From positions 6,949-70,948 of the forward strand of contig JAZDHZ010000037.1 of assembly GCA_043805415.1 (NCBI GenBank): a stretch of 64,000 bases of DNA. Reading direction: 5' to 3'. How positions within the stretch are numbered: position 1 is the stretch's first letter; every line of letters begins with the position of its first letter. The notes beneath the pieces are model-generated. The model was given only the letters and a program-made list of their open reading frames with translations, had not been told where the DNA came from and did not search any database. The stretch is from Candidatus Omnitrophota bacterium (lineage in GTDB: Bacteria; Omnitrophota; Gorgyraeia; B26-G9). A program made the translations under genes and the position numbers. Positions 59,021 through 64,000 of this stretch are shown piece after piece.

Positions 59021-59830
59021 CTAGTTGATTAGAATATAAATTTTCCCTTTTCCCTGTTCAAGTGCATCCAAAGCACTGCCCACAACCATGCCCGGCAATA
59101 CCTGATCATCATCAGCTTTCATCGCATAGCCTGGCTGAGAAGATGTAACTAAAATATCACCTCTTTTAATCGCGCCATTTTCCGCGCTAACATTACACCT
59201 AACAATTCCCGCTAAAGCCAAAGGCTTAGATCCAGCTGCCGGCCCCATAAATATCTTAGGATTTTCTGATATAACCCCGGCAACTTTAGAATCAAATTTA
59301 ACTGTTGAACGAGTCACGGAAAGATCTTTATCCTGACTGATAACCACCACATCACAAGCATTGCCGCTTTCCACGCTAATTCCTTCGGCAATATCATAAA
59401 CAAATTTTCCATCAGTGCGAAAATCAGTTCCAGCTCCGGGATCATCCATTGTCAAAATACTTGCATGCAAAGAGCCTAATCTCGTATCTCCGGAAAAGTC
59501 CTCAAAATTAATTGAGTATGCACCGCCATTGCCCATAACCATACTGCCAAATTCACTATTGTCAAAATAAAGCCCATCATGGACCCTCAGAGATCTAAAA
59601 GCTGACTGGCCGCTTGGATCAGCAAAACGCGTAGCATCAGCCTTGTCAATAAACTGCTTGGAAACAATAACATTATACGCCGCGATATCCAAAGCATTCG
59701 GATTGAATCTATCCGCGTCCAGCCAAAGAGATTTAGCTGTTCCTTGCTGAGCAAAACTAAATCCTACCCAAAATAACAATATCAGAATCAGGTTGATAAA
59801 AACTGTTTTTAGATAATCTATTTTTTTCAT
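59021..59830 (-). CDS. secreted protein of unknown function, tandem paralog A
   Basis: Signal peptide 'LILILLFWVGFSFA'. About 45% identical to the adjacent 269-aa paralog. Shared motifs: 'HASILTMD.PG', 'K(F/Y)VYDIAEG', 'LALAGIV.CN...ENGAIKRGD'. Confidence 0.5.
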   Translation of the reverse strand: MKKIDYLKTVFINLILILLFWVGFSFAQQGTAKSLWLDADRFNPNALDIAAYNVIVSKQFIDKADATRFADPSGQSAFRSLRVHDGLYFDNSEFGSMVMGNGGAYSINFEDFSGDTRLGSLHASILTMDDPGAGTDFRTDGKFVYDIAEGISVESGNACDVVVISQDKDLSVTRSTVKFDSKVAGVISENPKIFMGPAAGSKPLALAGIVRCNVSAENGAIKRGDILVTSSQPGYAMKADDDQVLPGMVVGSALDALEQGKGKIYILIN

Positions 59831-59849
59831 AAGAATATTCTCTGTATTT

Positions 59850-60659
59850 TTATTGTTTATTAACTAAAACAAAAATTTTATCACTGCCTGCCGGCAATGC
59901 CTGCAATGCTTTACCCAGCAGCATGCCGGGTTTCACTTCTTTCGCGGAAGCGCGCATCGCGTAACCAGGCAAAGAAGAACTTACCAGTAAATCACCTCTT
60001 TTAATTGCTCCATTTTCAACAGTCGCGTTGCATTTAACAATTCCAGCTAAAGCTAAAGGCATTTTATCTTCGCCAGCGCCCATATATATTTTCGGATCAG
60101 CAGACACAATCCCGGCAACCCGAGAATCAAATTTTATAGATGATTTAATTAAGCCATTTTCCGGATCATCACCAATAATCACCACATCGCCTGCAGCACA
60201 TTCACTAATTTTCATGCCTTCAGCAATATCATATACATATTTACCGCCAGAACGCTGATCACCCGGGCCAGGAGCATCCATTGTTAAAATACTTGCGTGA
60301 ACCGCACCCAGCCGAGTCGCACCATTAACAAAATTTATTGAGTAAGTCGTGCTTGGCCCATAAACAACATTTACCACTAATCCATCAAAAATCCGCAAAG
60401 ACTGGAATTGGCTGTCTCCGCTGGGATCAATCCAGCGGTTAACATTATTAAAATCAATAAATCTCGCGGCCCTAACAGTATCAAACTCTCCGAACGGGCA
60501 AGGATAAAATGTGGTTAAGGTCACTTCCTCTGGAGATACTTGCGATGTTGCCGTGGAAGAATAGATGAGCAATCCCATCAATCCAACTACGACAAATAAA
60601 AGCAAATACTCTTTATTCACCTGTTTTATTTTTTCCCATAACTTTTTAAATCCTGGCAT
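59850..60659 (-). CDS. secreted/membrane-anchored protein of unknown function, tandem paralog B
   Basis: N-terminal signal anchor. Same length (269 aa) and conserved blocks as paralog A. Confidence 0.5.
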   Translation of the reverse strand: MPGFKKLWEKIKQVNKEYLLLFVVVGLMGLLIYSSTATSQVSPEEVTLTTFYPCPFGEFDTVRAARFIDFNNVNRWIDPSGDSQFQSLRIFDGLVVNVVYGPSTTYSINFVNGATRLGAVHASILTMDAPGPGDQRSGGKYVYDIAEGMKISECAAGDVVIIGDDPENGLIKSSIKFDSRVAGIVSADPKIYMGAGEDKMPLALAGIVKCNATVENGAIKRGDLLVSSSLPGYAMRASAKEVKPGMLLGKALQALPAGSDKIFVLVNKQ

Positions 60660-60724
60660 GATTATTTGCCTCCAATATATTATTTAAATTATGCCCTATA
60701 AACTCAACTTCTAATTTAGCTTTA

Positions 60725-61069
60725 TCACCAATTCACAGTTGCCGTGATTCTGGTAGTGCCGCCTCCGGCAGCAGCTTGGGCAATTGTAACAGTCATCGGA
60801 GTCATCCCTGCCATTGTCGCGGGAAAAGCTACCCCTGTATGCAATGCTGACATTGCCCTGATCAAAGCAGATTCTCCGGCATAAAACGACATACTATGCT
60901 TAATCTCCCTGACTACCACATTATGCAGATTATGCGCGTAAGCCATCATGTACACAGCAATAAGCCCAATCACACTCACGTAAATAAAGGAAACAACCAT
61001 TGCTTGGGCTTTTTCTCTTTCAGTTTTTTTATTACTGAGCTTACTTAAAATATTTTTAATTTTTTCCAT
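60725..61069 (-). CDS. small membrane protein (hypothetical) in pseudopilin cluster
   Basis: One TM helix. The C-terminus 'TRITATVNW' resembles the tails of the neighbouring pilin-like proteins. Confidence 0.35.
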   Translation of the reverse strand: MEKIKNILSKLSNKKTEREKAQAMVVSFIYVSVIGLIAVYMMAYAHNLHNVVVREIKHSMSFYAGESALIRAMSALHTGVAFPATMAGMTPMTVTIAQAAAGGGTTRITATVNW

Positions 61070-61074
61070 TTATA

Positions 61075-61806
61075 TCACCAGGAGACTCCATCTGGAATTG
61101 GGGGTAAAGAAGGAGCGCAACGCAAAGTAATCTGTTTGCTCAGAGTTATTGAGTGTCTAATCCCGCCACCCAGAGGATCAAGTATTGTTCCTTCTACAGT
61201 TAAAATAACATGAACAGCATTATACGCAATCGGCTGAAAATCAAACTGAGTCACATTATTTGCGATAATTTGAGCTCCTGTTGCCTCACGATCTACTACA
61301 AGTTGGAGCATTGTCGCCGATACGTCCCATTGACGATAAATCTGAACTATCTCATGCGCCGGAAAATCACCGGCAACATCTGCCGCCTCTGCCCTAATGG
61401 TTGAGGCTTGCGTTGCCTGACGCAAAAAAAATCCTGTTCCCCAACTTGTACCGGAAACAACCAGAGCATTTGAGCCTACCAGTGTAGGCATAAGAAAATA
61501 AGCATTTATTGCCTCTTCACCAGAAACCCCTCCCTGATGAATATAACCACCCGGCCCATAAAAACTAAACGGAGGATTAGCTGCCCCAGGACCCTGCGCA
61601 GAGCCATAACAATTAGAGCGCATAACCTCATCGGTTATCAGCTTCATTGCTGTGGTCGCATTTGTATAAACAGCAAAAGCATCATGCATATATCTTATAG
61701 AGGCTAAAGCAAAATAAAAAATCACACCTGTCGCGATCAGAACAACAATCATCAGCATTGCGGAAATTTGTACTTCCAGCAATGTAAACCCTTGATTTTT
61801 TTTCAT
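61075..61806 (-). CDS. prepilin-type (type IV pilin/pseudopilin) protein
   Basis: Classic class-III signal 'MKKNQGFTLLEVQISAMLMIVVL': G-1, Phe+1, Glu+5. Confidence 0.65.
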   Translation of the reverse strand: MKKNQGFTLLEVQISAMLMIVVLIATGVIFYFALASIRYMHDAFAVYTNATTAMKLITDEVMRSNCYGSAQGPGAANPPFSFYGPGGYIHQGGVSGEEAINAYFLMPTLVGSNALVVSGTSWGTGFFLRQATQASTIRAEAADVAGDFPAHEIVQIYRQWDVSATMLQLVVDREATGAQIIANNVTQFDFQPIAYNAVHVILTVEGTILDPLGGGIRHSITLSKQITLRCAPSLPPIPDGVSW

Positions 61807-61807
61807 A

Positions 61808-62134
61808 TTATTCTGTCCAAGTTATTGTCACTTTAATATGCTGCATCGTTGCGCCCAAATTATTCCGAGCAATTGCGCTTGCTCCGCCTTTTTCCACAGA
61901 CAACCAATTAGGTGAAGCCGGATCAGTATAGGTTCCTCTAAAATCCGCCTTTTCACTTTCAAGCAAAGACTGCGCCCAAGTCAAAGCAATCAGTTTGTGA
62001 TGAGAAAGACTTATCAAATTATTAGCATTTCGATAAGTCGCGAATAGAGCAGCAAGCACTAAAGTAAGCAATAGTGCTGCCATAACTACCTCTACTAACG
62101 ATAAACCTTTATTATTTAAGTGTTTTTTATCCAT
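61808..62134 (-). CDS. prepilin-type minor pilin/pseudopilin
   Basis: 'NKGLSLVEVVMAALLLTLVLAALFA' prepilin cleavage/methylation motif, 108 aa. Confidence 0.6.
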   Translation of the reverse strand: MDKKHLNNKGLSLVEVVMAALLLTLVLAALFATYRNANNLISLSHHKLIALTWAQSLLESEKADFRGTYTDPASPNWLSVEKGGASAIARNNLGATMQHIKVTITWTE

Positions 62135-62175
62135 AAGAATCCTGAATTTTAATTATAACATTATAGCTTTTAAAG

Positions 62176-63324
62176 TCAATGTTTTTTGAACAAGCGTTTT
62201 ACTCGGCTAGATATGCCGCAAACAATCTCGTAAGGAATCGTATCACATAAACTTGCCAGTTTTTCTGCATATACTGCTTTTTTTTGCTCAATCCCGATCA
62301 GGGTAACAATATCGCCGACTTTTACATTGGAAGATAAACCCACATCTACCATAATCTGATCCATGCAAACTCTACCCACAACCGGAAATAACTTACCCTT
62401 GATCAAAACATGCGCTTTGTTGGACAAAGCCCTTACATATCCATCAGCATAACCTATCGAGATAGTAGCAATTTTTGTTTTTGTTTTGACTGCGTAAGTT
62501 CTGCCATAGCTGATTGTCCGGCCAGGCTCTACTTGTTTTAAATAAACTACTCGGCTTTTTAACTCTAATACAGGCTTAAGATTAATGCTTACCTGGTTTT
62601 TCATTGATTCACAGGGATACATTCCATAAACCATTATTCCCGGACGAACCATATTAAATAATCCTGTGCCAATATCTTTTAAGCGGGAAATCGCGCTGCT
62701 GTTTGCCGCATGTACCAGCGGGATATTAATATTATTTTGGTTTAATTTCTTAATTAATGTCTCAAAAATAAGCACTTGCTTTTTTGTAAACTCAATATCC
62801 GTATCCGCGCTGGAAAAATGGGTAAAAATTCCTTCGACTAATAAATTTTTCATTTTGCAAATTTTCAGAATATCCGCGAAAGCAGTCTCATGCCAGATTC
62901 CGATCCGGCCCATACCTGTGTCTATCTTAATATGCACTTTTATTTTTTTCCCAGCCAAAGCAGCAGATTTATTAAATTTTTTTGCTCCGGCTAAATCCGC
63001 GACCGTCAGGCTGACTTGAGCATTCCTGGCCTGGTTTATCTGATTTTGCTCATAGACATTTCCCAGGACCAGAATCAAGGCTTTAACTTTTCCTTTTCTT
63101 AGCGCCAAAGCTTCATTAACACTAGCAACCCCAAGATACTCGACTTTGCATTTTTCCAGTTGTTTGGAAACTTCAAGCATGCCGTGGCCATAGGCATCTG
63201 CTTTTACGGCCACAAGCATTTTAACCCTATTGCCGGCCTTGCGTTTTAACTCTAAAAAGTTAAACTTGATATTAGCCAGATTAATTTCAGCCCATGCGGG
63301 ATATAGAATATTTTTATTTTTCAT
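62176..63324 (-). CDS. alr: alanine racemase
   Basis: PLP-lysine motif 'AVVKADAYGHG' and a C-terminal beta domain. Confidence 0.85.
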   Translation of the reverse strand: MKNKNILYPAWAEINLANIKFNFLELKRKAGNRVKMLVAVKADAYGHGMLEVSKQLEKCKVEYLGVASVNEALALRKGKVKALILVLGNVYEQNQINQARNAQVSLTVADLAGAKKFNKSAALAGKKIKVHIKIDTGMGRIGIWHETAFADILKICKMKNLLVEGIFTHFSSADTDIEFTKKQVLIFETLIKKLNQNNINIPLVHAANSSAISRLKDIGTGLFNMVRPGIMVYGMYPCESMKNQVSINLKPVLELKSRVVYLKQVEPGRTISYGRTYAVKTKTKIATISIGYADGYVRALSNKAHVLIKGKLFPVVGRVCMDQIMVDVGLSSNVKVGDIVTLIGIEQKKAVYAEKLASLCDTIPYEIVCGISSRVKRLFKKH

Positions 63325-64000
63325 TATTATTTTTTAGTTTTTTCCCGACAGTGCATGTATGCGCGTACAAATACATCGGGACAATATCTTTAGCTTGTTT
63401 GAATTTTTTCTTTTTATAATCGCGATAGCATAGCTTGGCAAAAATATCTGGGTCAGTATACCAAAATTTTTCCTGAGCAAAACTACAGTCTTTATCTTTA
63501 TGGGTCATTATCTGCTCTTTATATAAGCCCACCCCGTCACCGCAGAATAAAGTCTCTGAATTTAAATTTTCCAATAGCTGATCAATCGGACCTAAAAAAT
63601 ACTTACCCTGCTTTTTCAAACTATTCGCTGCTTGCTTAAACACCGCCCCGTAAACCTGTTTGCGTTTGGCATCGATAATCGGACAGATGGTTTTTTTTAC
63701 ATCTTTGCAATTAAAAGCGATCAGATCAAGACTGGAAATACTGATAATCGGAATATCCAAGCCAAGGCTTAAACCTTTAACTGCCGCAATGCCGATGCGC
63801 AATCCGGTAAATGATCCTGGCCCGATATTTACTGCCAAACAATCCAGATCTTTAAGTCTAATTTTCTGTTTTTTTAATATGGTTTGGATGCCAGGGATTA
63901 AAAACTGTCCGTGAGCTCTGGCTTTATTCTGATTATATTTTCTCAAAACCCGATCATTTTCCATAAGCACAATGCACAAAAATTTACTTGATGTATCCAC
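63314..64000 (-). CDS. tsaB: tRNA threonylcarbamoyladenosine biosynthesis protein TsaB (YeaZ), 5'-partial at window edge
   Basis: 'LAVNIGPGSFTGLRIGIAAVKGLSLGLDIPII' TsaB core. The N-terminus 'VDTSSKF' (IDTS-type) runs off the window end. Confidence 0.75.
   Translation of the reverse strand: MDTSSKFLCIVLMENDRVLRKYNQNKARAHGQFLIPGIQTILKKQKIRLKDLDCLAVNIGPGSFTGLRIGIAAVKGLSLGLDIPIISISSLDLIAFNCKDVKKTICPIIDAKRKQVYGAVFKQAANSLKKQGKYFLGPIDQLLENLNSETLFCGDGVGLYKEQIMTHKDKDCSFAQEKFWYTDPDIFAKLCYRDYKKKKFKQAKDIVPMYLYAHTCTVGKKLKNNNEK

Overview
This 64-kb window comes from a low-GC, diderm, apparently anaerobic bacterium. It is gene-dense, with about 60 protein genes. Only about the first 3 kb is coded on the + strand; everything from 3.1 kb to the window end is on the - strand. 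The lifestyle guess rests on a Desulfovibrio-type periplasmic [NiFe] hydrogenase with a tetraheme cytochrome c3, and on siroheme-dependent (Ahb-type) heme synthesis genes.

Recognisable blocks, in order:
- tsaD (5' partial), then a secreted peptidoglycan-binding protein, an OmpA/Pal-like lipoprotein and a coiled-coil secreted protein.
- A tatA-tatC-tatA/B operon.
- A heme cluster: hemL, two AhbA/AhbB-type siroheme decarboxylase subunits, a radical-SAM/SPASM AhbC/D-like enzyme, and hemB.
- A TrkH-family transporter and a YggT protein.
- A 1392-aa membrane-anchored pyruvate phosphate dikinase-like protein with an extra C-terminal PEP-utilising barrel.
- recJ, an ICMT-family methyltransferase, an outer-membrane beta-barrel candidate, an HI0933-family flavoprotein, a YacP/NYN-like protein, rlmN, a TonB-dependent receptor, waaA, a Xer recombinase and topA.
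- A chemotaxis operon: MCP, cheW (interrupted), cheY, cheC, cheD, cheB, cheA and a second cheC. It ends with an unusual 717-aa FtsA-like protein carrying tandem beta-grasp-like repeats.
- A porin-like outer-membrane protein.
- A periplasmic [NiFe] hydrogenase operon: small and large subunits, maturation protease, and a tetraheme cytochrome c3.
- era (frameshifted at an A10 tract), a CDF transporter, DUF523 and DUF4416 proteins, aroC, a prepilin peptidase (pilD), aroE.
- A branched-chain amino-acid cluster (leuA/cimA, ilvC, ilvN, ilvB, ilvD) interrupted by pilT and by a repeat element.
- Two tandem paralogous secreted proteins, three pilin-like genes, alr, and tsaB (5' partial).

No rRNA, tRNA or CRISPR array was found. 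The points most worth a second look are:
- the FtsA-like/beta-grasp protein inside the che operon;
- an MCP with a CXXCH heme motif in its periplasmic sensor;
- the duplicated-domain dikinase;
- a conserved bipartite telomere-like element at the same spacing upstream of hemL and hemB;
- a dispersed intergenic repeat family;
- the tandem secreted paralogs next to the pseudopilin genes;
- disrupted cheW and era.

Every functional call rests on motif recognition from the translations; no database search was possible.
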